A stretch of DNA of 64,000 nucleotides. Source: Tubulanus polymorphus. Taxonomy: Eukaryota; Animalia; Nemertea. The stretch spans positions 5,704,001 to 5,768,000 of the forward strand of contig NC_134035.1 in NCBI RefSeq assembly GCF_964204645.1, in the 5' to 3' direction. The notes under the pieces were generated by a model. That model was not told the DNA's origin. It was given only the letters and a program-made list of their open reading frames with translations, and did not search any database. Of this stretch, positions 34,601-45,900 are shown one piece after another; the stretch's first letter is position 1; the number at the start of each line of letters is the position of its first letter. The translations under genes were made by a program, and so were the position numbers.

Positions 34601-37193
34601 TTCTAATATTTTATTCATATCTATAACTAGAGTACATTGTATGTTGTATATGATTGTATATAGGGTTATTACGACACGATGGATGCCGGAATGTGCGATT
34701 CTGAAGGTTATATTTCGGTCATGTCTCGCGTTGATGACGTCATCAATGTCGCCGGTCATCGACTATCCACAGGCGGACTAGAGGAGGTAATGTATGAGGC
34801 AATGTTAACCCATTGACTACTGATGGTTTTAAGGACAGATTCAAAGATGACGACTTAAATTTCAAAAAGAATGACTTAGCACTCCGCTGGATTTAGTGGT
34901 GCATCTGACCAATTCAGTTATTTCTGACACAATATTTGAATCTGACTTAAATCAGAATCTACTGTATTGCTGGGTAAATTTTGCTGAGCAATTTTCAATA
35001 AGATTATTGCCTATTTTGTGAATGAATTAATTCATTTTTCAACGTTATTTGTAGGCGATATTGAACCACAGGTCGATAGCTGATGCAGCGGTTATTGGAT
35101 TACCAGACAAACTAAAAGGCTCCGTACCACTGGGTTTGTGCGTCCTTCAACATAGTGAGTAGTTTTGATGTTCAAATCCCGGTGTCGACAGAGCAGCCAA
35201 CTGTTAATACTGATATTCAGTAATTTGTTACTATTTTTCAATGAGAAATACTGATGTGATTTGTTTACGCATACAGAAATATGACAGATATCTATCTTAC
35301 CATTGATTACTGATTGATTTGAACATTTTCTTTCATCTTTTGATGAAATGTTACTGAAAAAAATTAACTTGTTACTGATAACACCTTATTGAGGTTGGCA
35401 GCCCGAGTCAGTTGGTCGAAGGTTCTTTCTTCTCTGGTCTCTCTCCCATTGATTGGGAAAAAAGAAACACCAGACTTACTAAAAGTCTAATACTGCCCTG
35501 AGTGGGTCAAGGGGAAAAGTAGTTTTAATCATATTCTTCCAGCTTACTTCACCGTTATAAGATAATGTAAGCTTTCACACTAATTGTCTGTAAACCTCCG
35601 ACGCGACATACTGCAGCTTGAGGTTGCAATTGATACGAAAGACCATTGATACGAAAGACCACTTAGATGAAAATTTGTTGGATTTTCCATTTCAGGCGAG
35701 GATAAAACGGAGCAGCAGATTAGAGAAGAGATTATTCAACACATACGAGATGTAATCGGACCCGTCGCTAGTTTCAAACTCATTATCTTCGTAGATCGAC
35801 TGCCGAAAACACGATCTGGTAAAATAGCCCGTAGCACGATCTCGGCAATGGCTGCCGGGAAACCGTATAAGGTATTGTTACTTCTGATCAATTGTAGCGT
35901 ATTGTTTATTCATTGCGGAGTGTATCTTTAAAGATGAAATTACAGTAGGACGCGTTTAATTTGGATTTTCACTTAATGCGGATGAAATATTTGCTCCATT
36001 TAACCCGGAACTGCGTAAACTATTATTTCATAATTCGGATTTTACTTAAAGGGGAACTGTAGTGAAAAATTTTTTGTATCTACATGTGTTAGAAACCTAT
36101 ATAAATACATTTTCAAAACAGCAGAAAAACATTTCATCTAATACTTTATCCAAAAAAGAGGGTTTTGTAAAGTGACTGGCCGCCGCCATTTTCTCCACGT
36201 AGCAGACACTTTTCTCTCGGCTGTGACGTAGTTGCGGCCCACTTCGATACGTGTTACTGCTGCTATTCATAGTGTTTTCATCACAGTCCAATAACAGTTC
36301 TAAACTGCAGCATAATGCCACATCAGCAATTAGTCCCCACTGGCAGCCCAGCAGGAGTATTTTAATCGCAATTTTCAACTGAGATCTTCAATGAGTGTAT
36401 CTATTTGTGTACACACTGGAGTGTGTGATGCGTCATCAATGTTTACATGCCTCGCTTTGGAATTTAAATATGGCGGCTCTCATCCGCCGTAAATTCTGCT
36501 GATAACAGTATCAAAATCGTTGTATACAAGTTAATTAGGAAGAATTGGAAATTTCAACTAGCATAATGCTAAACAACAACACGAGTAGAAATGAATGGCC
36601 AATAAAAATGTTTTGACTGCAGTTCCCCTTTAATTCGAAAAAACCCGGGCAGTTCCTAGTCATCCGGATTAAGTGAATTCTATTGTATATACCATAGGCC
36701 TACAGCGTAACAGAGTGAATTTACAGATTTCCAATAATAGATGTACTACTATTAGTACTGCACACAGTGATTGATAAACATACCGGTACCTATGCCTAAA
36801 ACATAAATCGTATCTTTGCTTTATGCTTAACATTTCTAATTTTCTTCGGTCTATGAATGCTTCTGTCACTTCGACTGGATGTCTCTTAATCGACTCGAAA
36901 TTTTGAGTTCCCAGTTTGACCCAAAGTACAAGTCAGACAAGTGCCCACTGCGCTGTAATGATGGCTTTCGTTTAGGCTCCGTTCATGAGTATGTGCTCAT
37001 GTACCAGGTAGTTAAGCCTGAACTAATTGACTCCAGCTGCGGAACCGGATCAAGAGTCTACTCGTTCGTGTAAGACATTGTTGTGACGTATTTACAGATA
37101 CCAGTGACAATAGAAGATCCATCAGTTTATGATGAACTGATACTGAAACTACGAGAGGCTGGACTTGCGCCCAGTTCACCAGAACTTCAATAG
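25639..37193 (+). CDS. ACSS3: Acyl-CoA synthetase short-chain family member 3, mitochondrial (propionyl-CoA synthetase-like), ~690 aa
   Basis: Exons 25639-25931, 27242-27386, 27716-27904, 31098-31229, 31550-31870, 32473-32583, 32700-32740, 33311-33414, 33831-33926, 34013-34076, 34161-34242, 34664-34786, 35055-35154, 35696-35871, then 37098-37193 (or 38583-38675). Motifs [60 protein letters not shown] and LPKTRSGKI. Arg/Ser-rich presequence. Confidence 0.96.
28728..28895 (+). repeat. Degenerate CAGTCAGTACACTCTCA minisatellite immediately upstream of the nested GPCR
   Basis: About 9 imperfect units of ~17-19 nt. Confidence 0.8.
28918..29882 (+). pseudogene. Intronless rhodopsin-family (peptide-receptor-like, putative chemosensory) GPCR in ACSS3 intron 3, with one 1-nt frameshift (pseudogene or assembly error)
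   Basis: TM1 FGTFGN, TM2 LTVCDS and TM3 [13 protein letters not shown] lie in ORF 28918-29391; TM4-7 ([22 protein letters not shown]) lie in ORF 29289-29882. Break at 29361-29365 (TGT CCCC T versus paralog TGT ACA CCA). The repaired product is ~321 aa. Confidence 0.88.
30568..30896. mobile_element. Non-autonomous TIR element (CATGGTTCCC...GGGAACCATG) with 6-bp TSD CTGTCA
   Basis: TSD at 30562-67 and 30897-902. Inverted sister copy at 58235-58533. Confidence 0.85.
35943..36685. mobile_element. Tc1/pogo-like MITE (TA|CAGTAG...ATTG|TA) interrupted by a nested element
   Basis: Ends match the intact family member at 56731-56890 (ta|cagtataactcgcttaatt...aattaagcgagttctactg|ta) and the copy at ~53874-54047. 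Confidence 0.65.
36050..36629. mobile_element. Non-autonomous TIR element with TTAA TSD (Kolobok-like)
   Basis: TTAA|AGGGGAACTGTAGTGAAAA ... TTTTGACTGCAGTTCCCCT|TTAA. Purine-purine start plus TTAA TSD. Confidence 0.75.
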
Positions 37194-38025
37194 TTCGATA
37201 ACCAATTCATGGTAGATGATCAAAGCTTCATACTATAGCTTATAGCTTGATAACCAATTGCTTTGAAATAGCCAGCAATTTGAAAAGTGTTTCTTGCGTT
37301 CTATTTTCATCTGTTCATCTTTGTTTTGGATGTCTGCGCTAAGTTTTTATTGCTTTGTATTTACAATGTTCCCCAGTAATTCAGTTCTCAATCTGCTGCC
37401 TGGAACCAAATTTCAATACTTTATTCTACTAATTTTTGATCGTCAAAACCATTCCTGTGCTCAGAACCTTGCCAGACATTTGGATTGAAAATGAACCAAC
37501 CACCATACATAAGGCATTTTATAATCACAAGTTCAAAAACCTATCGTTCAGACTTCACAATGAAATGATGAATTTCTGAATTGAGGTAGTAGCTTCTAAG
37601 CTGTAGATCAATAATTTTCTATACATACATGTAGTAAACCTGATGAATAGAATAGAAAATATTTACATCAAAGCCCACACTTGGAGCCAGTTGCTCAAAA
37701 GATGGTTAGAGTTAACTGGTGGACAAATATTGTGGTAACGATGCAAACTCAATTGTCACGATGGCATTTATCTATTTATCTAACTGTAACGCACTTTAGA
37801 GCAACTGACCCCTGCCTGGTGTATGTTTCAGTAAGACTACGCTTGCCTTCGATTATGCGTGCATGCTCCGGACTAATTGTCTTAGGTTTTCTTACTCACT
37901 TCTTGTTCGTGTGATAATGACCCATCCCCGCGCCGACTACCCCTGAATTCACAATTCAACAGTGTTTTATAAAAGTCATGTTTACGTTTTCGTTCATTCG
38001 TTCCATTTCACTATCGATATTCATT

Positions 38026-38161
38026 AGGGATCATTCATTTCTTACGTAAGCTTACGCATTAGGGGAGGGGGAGGGGTAAGTGCAATTGCATACTGTAATG
38101 CTTAATGTATATGAAAAAGAAAAAGTCAAATTTTACGCGTACGTATTAAATGATTGATCCC
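38026..38161. mobile_element. Tourist/Harbinger-like MITE (GGGATCATTCATTT termini); copies at ~39988-40130 and ~48379-48541
   Basis: tta|gggatcattcattt...aaatgattgatccc|taa. The core cgcattagggga(g)ggggagg.gt.agtgcaattgc.tactgtaatgct is shared by all three copies. Confidence 0.75.
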
Positions 38162-38582
38162 TAATGGTAACTGGATTTTCTAGTTAGTCTTATAATATTT
38201 ACCAGTAGGAAAAATCTGTTTAGAGCTAGATTTATAGGAATATTTGTTGAATTACAGTACCCAGTTGCAAAGTTGTGAGTTAAGATTTGACTCAAGAGTT
38301 AAGTCATTGAAATGAAGTAATTTTAGCTTTAGAGTTAACTCGTGACTGTAGAACTGGATCCAGTAGAATCTGCTTCATTCGACGCATTTGAGACTGATAA
38401 AAATTCATCCCTTTGCATACATTATGTATAGATGAACCATAAATATGATGAAGGATAAAATGAAAATGCGGTCTCTGAATTAAGTGGCTTTGACTGTAAT
38501 TCAAATTCATTTCTAGATGAATGAATTAATTTTCTTACGTAATGCTTATTGTTTAGTACATTTTAGCGTTTGTATTTTTCAG

Positions 38583-38675
38583 ATACCCATTACGATTGAA
38601 GACGCGAGTGTTTACCCTCATATTATCTCAGCGATGCGTCAGGCTGGCTTCGATGCAACGGAACCTGATCCGTAA
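38583..38675 (+). CDS. ACSS3: Alternative (duplicated) terminal exon of ACSS3
   Basis: tttttcag|ATA CCC ATT ACG ATT GAA GAC encodes IPITIEDASVYPHIISAMRQAGFDATEPDP*. Paralogous to 37098-37193 ([31 protein letters not shown]), same phase 0. Confidence 0.85.
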   Translation: MPITIEDASVYPHIISAMRQAGFDATEPDP

Positions 38676-38768
38676 AATCACTGTCGGTTGCCTCCGCTCT
38701 GATCTTGATTTCAATCCAATCGGGACCCGGTGCCATTCTGAGTTGAATTTGACGTTTCGGGGATCTGA

Positions 38769-38883
38769 TTAACTCAGAGATAACTCTTTTAACTCAGAGA
38801 TAACTGTTTAACTCAGAGATAAATGTTTAACTCAGAGATAACCGTTTTACTCAGAGATAACTGTTTAACTCGGAGACATAACT
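38769..38883 (+). repeat. ~19-20-bp minisatellite (TTAACTCAGAGATAACTGT) x ~6 in the distal ACSS3 3' UTR
   Basis: Directly visible tandem units. Confidence 0.85.
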
Positions 38884-39027
38884 TTTTGATTTGGATGTTT
38901 TTAACAATGATTTATGAACTATATAACATCCGACTTGGATGATGTCGATTAAGACTTTTTCGATAAAAAGAAAACATACTATAGCTAATTCCATGAAACA
39001 AGACATTCTTGAAATGAATTTGATTTA

Positions 39028-39232
39028 GGATCCAGTTCCACAGTTGTTAGGAGTTAACTCTAAACTTGGGATCCTGTTCCACAGTTATGAGTTAACTCTT
39101 GAGTTAAAATTAGTTCATTTTCAATGAGTTAACTCTGAGTCAAATCATAATTCACAACCATGGAACTGGTTCCGCAGTTGTTAGAGTTAACTCCGAACTC
39201 AGGATCCAGTTCGACAGTTGGAACTGAATCCT
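39028..39232. mobile_element. Cluster of partial and complete GGATCCAGTTCCACAGTT MITE copies
   Basis: Four reiterated termini; central part nearly identical to 2170-2278. Confidence 0.7.
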
Positions 39233-40248
39233 AGGAGTGTTTAGTTCTTAAAATGCTTACTACATCGTAGTCATACGTCGGACTCATATGTCACCTAGTT
39301 TCAAAGTAGTTTATAATTTTATTGCGATATTGTCAGTAATTTCTCCATTTTACATAAATATCGCGTTGATAAGTTCTTTACATTACACTCATACATCTAT
39401 TGATTTGTTGAAGAGATAATTTGCTCATATATTATTTGTTGATGGAAAGAAATTGAAGTTGAACCGTTACACAATTGTTCTATCGGTTTTCCAGTTCAAA
39501 TGTCCACTTTTTAAAGTTTAATCTAATTTTATCATAGTTACTTCAAATGTCCGAGGCTGTTGTGAGAAATGCATTTGGTGTAGCATATTTTACAATAGCA
39601 GCAGATCCAGGGGCAGACTTTGGCAGGAGCACAAAGAAATGGAAAGGGTATATCCTTCTGAAAAAGGACAAGTGAAGAATACATTTCAGGTACAAGGTTT
39701 CTAGGTACTTCAGTCACATTTAAGAGAATACAGTGTATATAAGCTGAATCTTGCGCGCGGACTGCTAGTCTCAGTTTCGGGTGCAAAGATTTCCCTGAAC
39801 ACAATTACCGTTGTATTTTCAAGAGGGCACAGGAGAATTAGCACAGAACCACAACCTCCTTGTGCTCCCGTCTGGATGCTGCAGCGCCACTGGATCATTC
39901 AAATACATGTAATAAGACTAGAGCCAATTTCCGTTGATAAAATGAAGAATAGTGATTTCAAGTGTCATTCTGCATTTAGAATAAACATTGGGATAAAATT
40001 TGAATTTTCCAACCCCCCTCCCCCTGTACGCAGAATCGGCCAATTTTTCATATACATTTAGCATTACAGTACGCAATTGCACTGACCCCTCCCCCTCCCC
40101 TAATGCGTACGTAATTAAATGAATGATCCCATTGCCTAATTTGGCATTTGATGTTAAGAAATGTTGACATTTGAACCGGAAAGTGTATGATATCAGATAT
40201 AGGAATTGAAACATAGTTTGTAGGCCTGTGTGCTAATGCAGTATTGTA

Positions 40249-40538
40249 CAGGGTCCGATCTAAGGAATGAAAGCCACTTGCCCGAGGGGCAAGCATATCT
40301 GAAATTTCGCTTGCCCCCTCCAAAAGCTACTTGAAATTTCGCTTGCCCCCTCCAAAAGCTACTTGCCCACACAGGCAGTCCGATTGGTGGCACTATCGAT
40401 CCGTTATATCGAGTGGGGAAAAAGCTTTGTGACATAAAATTGCACTAGCCCGGGGGACAAGTAATAATGATAACCTACTTGCACTTATGGGAATATACTT
40501 GTCCCGGGCAATTGGACAAGTACTTAGATCGGACCCTG
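40249..40538. mobile_element. Non-autonomous TIR element (16-bp perfect TIR CAGGGTCCGATCTAAG) with 6-bp TSD ATTGTA
   Basis: TSD at 40243-48 and 40539-44. Internal ACTTG(C/T)CC subterminal repeats and a 30-bp tandem duplication. Confidence 0.88.
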
Positions 40539-41654
40539 ATTGTATGTGCTAACTTTGCTTTTATTCCATGAAACCCGTTATTTTTTTTTGTGAACATTGA
40601 TTTAGAATCAAGTGATGGTGAGGAAGGGCGTGTTCTCGCACCAGTGAAAAGGAAAGCTCTAATGCACAACAGAAAGTCATTTTGCATATTTCTGCAGTGC
40701 GGGGCATTAGATAACACAAAATATTGACGAACAGGAAAATCTATTCTAGGCTATGGATATTTCTTTTTATTCAATTATGCGCTAAGAAGTTTTTTTGAAA
40801 TGGTGCATGACATTTTTAGTTGAAAGGTCAAAATCGTCCCAGTACAGCTTTTCTTTCTGTATTGTGAGGTTTATTTTTCAATTGAATTGTGACTAACTAT
40901 TCTTCTACACTGTTTTTCTTGTTTTGAGTTAACAACGAAAAAAAATGCAGTGAAAAACTGGCTTCACTGTTTTCGAGGCCATATTAATAATCACTATTGG
41001 TGCTTTCGATGTATTACTGGACTTATGAAGTCATCCGTCAATAAATACGTATTTTCAAACATTTTCCAAATCTTTCTCTTTTCTGAATTGGGAAACTAGT
41101 ATTTGAATCGATTTCGCGGTATCAGCGGCCAGCAAACAACGGAACCAAGATAATTTATATTTGCCCAAACCAGCACTTCCCCTCTATCGATGGTGTCCAC
41201 GTCACGCCTGAATGAACATGAAACTGCCAGCATCTCCCCTCTATTGACGTCTCTCCTATCGATAGCGCCTGTACGTGTCAACGTGCTGGGCGGGTAATTG
41301 AGTTCAGGTCCTGATTGCGAGCTGCGAATATGAAAAACACCATGTCGCGATGGGATATCATTTTTACAAATAACCAACGCTTGGAAACGTCAGATAAGTA
41401 TATAATGAAGAAATGGAAAATGTCCAAGCTTCCAATGCCGTAATAATCGAACATTGTTGATTAACGGACGACGTGTGTAAATTTAATCAAATCAAATTTG
41501 CTAAATAGTGCCATCAATGATGACAATTAACAAATAAAAAAATCTAATTTCATATTTCTAAATATGCATGAAACTTAATAGATTTGAGGCCACCAATCAA
41601 ACATACAGAGTTAGAGTTAAGTCTAGTTACCGGTGTATCAGAGAAATGGCAATC

Positions 41655-42360
41655 TAAGGTAGGCTACTCCCCAAAATGAGTGTCCGGGGTCAAATAGTTT
41701 TTGTCTCCGACTTTGATGAAGTTCCGGTTAGACATGTATTCTGGGGTGCTGATCACAAATTTGAACGAATTTTTCGGATCCGAGGCCCAGAAAATGAGAA
41801 ATTCGAATTTTTTGGGGACCCCCTAAATTTTCAAAAGGCCTTGGATACCAGAGTTTTTGAGATATTCAAAATCTGATTGCAGATTTGGAATCGGCACCCC
41901 TGAAAATATAATGGACAAAAATTTCAAGCAAATCGAAGAGATTCGATTTTTTGACCAAAAATGGCAAAAATCTAAGGTGTAAGTCCAGGAGTTTTTTTTC
42001 GGCGAAAAGTTTTTTTTCTCCGATTCCTTCGAAATTTGGTAGGAATATGTATTCTGAGGTGTAGATTCCGGATCCGCAATCAGATTTTGAATCGGATTTC
42101 ATCTTCATGGACAAATAAGGGTTTGATTGCCCAAAATATGCACCCCCAAAAATGGGGTACAAAGTCGAAATTTTTTTTTGGCCCAAATTTAATGAAACTT
42201 AGTGCAGAGATGTTTTTGGGGTGCTGATTACGAATATGAGGTTAGATTTTGGATCCGAGGCACCTAAAATTAGTTATTCAGAATTTCGTGTTTTGACCCC
42301 CTTAATTTCGTCAAATTTTGATGAAATTTGCCTTGGAAATTCGGCCCAAAAACGAATCTT
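41655..42360. mobile_element. Probable non-autonomous DNA-transposon fragment with internal direct and inverted repeats
   Basis: Repeated ggggtgctgat(c/t)ac(a/g)aat...ggatccgaggc motifs at ~41743 and ~42218, with an inverted copy near 41882. No coding signal; termini not defined. Confidence 0.5.
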
Positions 42361-42939
42361 ATTCAATGATGTCAAATATTCAATTAATTTTCAAGGTAGA
42401 AATTGATGCTCTTACTAAAACTCTGAACTATAATTGCTGCAACACAATTATATAGGCTGCTACAAATAAAAAACGCCCGACAATTGGATCACGACAGGGC
42501 CGTCGGAACAGGGGCGGGCGCCCCACTTTTTTGCTTAACAAATTTTTTTTTTCAAAATCATGCTTTACCGCGCAGCAGCTCGTCGTTCTCTGTACTAGGT
42601 GGTTGGCTCACGACTTCTCATGCTTCTGTGAATGAGACCGTGAAATGGCCCCAAAACGCATCTCCGGCGATTGAATTTTCAAAATTTTTCATCGGAAATG
42701 AACGAACTAAAAATATAATAAGATTTTAGTATAAATCCCGTTATTTCAAGATATATCGTGTTCCATATCCGCCAATGAGTTTACTTTTGATTTTATCTCT
42801 CTATAGCACCCCCGGCCCCGCGGATCAGGGGTAAGCAACGGAGGCGGCAATCAAACCCCGGCAAGCGAGGATAGACTGGTACCGGTACCATGCAGAGGGC
42901 GCCATGTGACGGTATCACGCCGCTATGAATTGAATTGAT

Positions 42940-45900
42940 ATGAATAAATTTCTATTTCGTTTTTGTCAGCGATCGTGTTGGATTTTGACCACTGTTACAG
43001 CCCGTCCAGTGCTGTGTCAACACTCATCGCTTTATTCTATACACACGTTTACTCGTCAATATTCAAAGATGGACAGTGAAATTGAAGCTGGCAAAAAGGC
43101 AGCCGCGTGTGCTGCAGTTGATGATTATGTTCAGGTTAGCAGTCAGGAACACTTTCCAAAAACGGCTTATTCTGCCAATTTCGGCGTTTTCCGCCAATAA
43201 CGGCGGAATCAGCCATTTATGGATTACTCAATTTTAAACTGATTCTGCCAATTTAGCCGAAATCGGCGTTTTCTGCCATTTTTGGCTTGTTCTTAAAAAA
43301 CGCCATTTCCACCGTTTTCAGCTGTTACAGTTTTTAAAACTACATCGCCAGAAACGGCGTTTTAGCTTAGATAGTTTTACAGGTGCTATTTATAGTGCTT
43401 AGTTCGATGGGAGTCCCTATTATGACATCATCGCTTTTCTGCTGGCATACATTTGTATATTTGCGCCGAAAAATTAATCTCATTGATCCGTTCCAGGCTT
43501 CAAGAAAGAATTAAATATAAATGTACGGGTTTCCGATGGCAAATGTATTTGAATTCTGTTCTTTCTTTATACCTGTATTCTATGTAATAAATATATACAT
43601 ACATTTATCCCAAATTGTTTCGAAAATGTTTGTTGTATTTTGAAATGAATCTAGATACAGCTGTATTGATTTTGAGTGTTGTAACGTCATCGGCCACCAA
43701 TTCATTCAATCACTACCCATCACAAGTCCAATTAGCTGGGAGGCATCGAAGATGTTAATTACCTTCAATTAACCAACATATGCAGTCCAATATATCCCTC
43801 AACCATTCTATGCTTTATTAGGCAAGATAAGACCATGGGCAAAACTTAAAACTAGATTTTTGATACACTAGTTTATACATCCATGATTGATTTGTCTTAT
43901 GAGAATGATAATTATAATAATAATTTTATTTTTATTTTTAACATATAATATTTACACATCCGTGCACCTCAGCAAATTAATTATTTTATTCCGAAAAAAG
44001 TACCCTGTAGACACTAGGGAAAACGTCTAAGCGGGTGGGGGAATCCTCATATGGCTTAATAGTTTATGATTATAAAACTAGCTACGCCAAAAACGGCGGA
44101 ATACGCCAGAAATGGCGAATGTTTTTATGTGTACCCATGGCAACATTTAATTGAAAACTTTATAATAGTTTTTAAAACTAGTTCCCAAATTTATTTTTAA
44201 CAAAAATCATGATTAATAAACTTGTTTCATGCTGTAGTAGTTTTCCCGGAGTTTTTGGGCTGCATATGACGTAATCATTTAGAAAAACGTGAATTTGACC
44301 ACTTTACCTAGCTCAAAAATTTCCATCCTAGCGTCATATGAAAGCTTATCGTCTGCTCGAGATTATGACGTAATCGGCAACATGCGCTAATTTGACCGGA
44401 AGTGCGCAAAAAACTTTAAAGCAAAACTCGAAACTTAGTGAGCTGAAACTGGCTGATTAAGCCATAAACGACTGTAAAAGTTTCAAAACTGAGTGATCCA
44501 TAAACGGCTGATTCTGCCGTTATTGGCGGAAAACGCCGAAATTGGCAGAATAAGCCGTTTTTGGAAAGTGTTCCTGACTGGTTAGCATGATTGAATGTTC
44601 ACTTTTTTGAGAACAAGCAGGGTCCTGTCAAATCGAATCCAGATCCAGCATCTCATGGCAAAACAGTACAAAAATGGCACCAACTTAGAAAGAGAACCGG
44701 CCAAATTAGGTTATTTTTTTGTTCAGGTTTAATAATTTTATTCGACTTTTCGACCCCCCACATTGGCCACACTGCAGGCTGTGCACTGCTAGTCTAGTAC
44801 CTAGCCGTTGTTCCTGAACGTTGAACCGTAACAATGACTGGTATTCAGACTAGTGCACTGCCACTCTGGTTTATTGAATTCAAACACTGTCTGGTAACTG
44901 ACTATAATAAACCACAGTCCAGCTACTGGGGTGACATAAATGTTACTGGCTGGGCCTGATGATCAAAAAGATCCACTATAACTGTTTAGTTGGCTCTTGA
45001 ACTTACTAAGTCTAGTACCTAGCGATCGTTCCACAAGCAACATAGGGACCCGTAACAACAACTGGTATTCAGACTAGAACTTACTGACCTACTTTATATT
45101 TGCAGGATGGTCAAATCATTGGAATTGGAAGTGGATCAACAATAGTTTACGCTGTAGAAAGACTAGGTAACACTACCGTCAGCAAATGGATTAGCTAAAT
45201 CACAGAAAATTCAATTTCAATGTGTTTTTGATATGTTTCTCTTATTTTTTATTTGCAGCCGCTCGAGTTGAAAATGAGAATCTGAAAGTCACATGCATTC
45301 CAACTTCATTCCAGGTCAGTTTAAAATGATAACAATGAGCCAGGTCATTGAGACTAGTCGATGAGCCAGGTCAATGAGACTGGTCGATGAGCCAGGTCAA
45401 TGAGACTGGTTGATGAGCCAGTTCAATCAGACTGGTGAATGAGAATGGTCTATGAGCCAGGTAGATGAAACTGGTCTTTGAGCCGGATGGTCAAATCATT
45501 AACTCTTTATTTCGTTATTACAATTATAGGCTCGACAGTTGATAGTAAACGCAAATTTAACACTAGGAGATTTAGAACAATATCCTGAGGTAAATTCTGT
45601 TAATAGAACCAACTTAAAGACTTATTATACATTATATGTGTATTTTTACGGCTAAAATATATGTATATATTTACAGCTCGATGTAGCAATAGATGGCGCT
45701 GATGAAGTCGACGAAGGTTTAACATTGATAAAAGGTGGCGGTGCGTGTCACACATTCGAGAAGATCGTCGCATCTTGCGCCAATAAGTTTGTAGTGATAG
45801 CTGATTACAGGTAAATGGGAACTTGACGATTGCACACGTGGTCTTATCATTTGGGCATACTCCTTAAATACAACTTCTATGAAATTGTGAATTCGAAATT

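Noticed and set aside
38769-38883. Regularly spaced short repeats (also 45335-45486 and 48798-49005) as a CRISPR-like array
   Set aside because: Head-to-tail minisatellites without unique spacers; eukaryotic context; no cas genes.
43135-44580. Introner-type intron creation by the TIR element
   Set aside because: The element lies inside a pre-existing intron and ends in CTG, not AG; it duplicates a donor but does not form a new intron.
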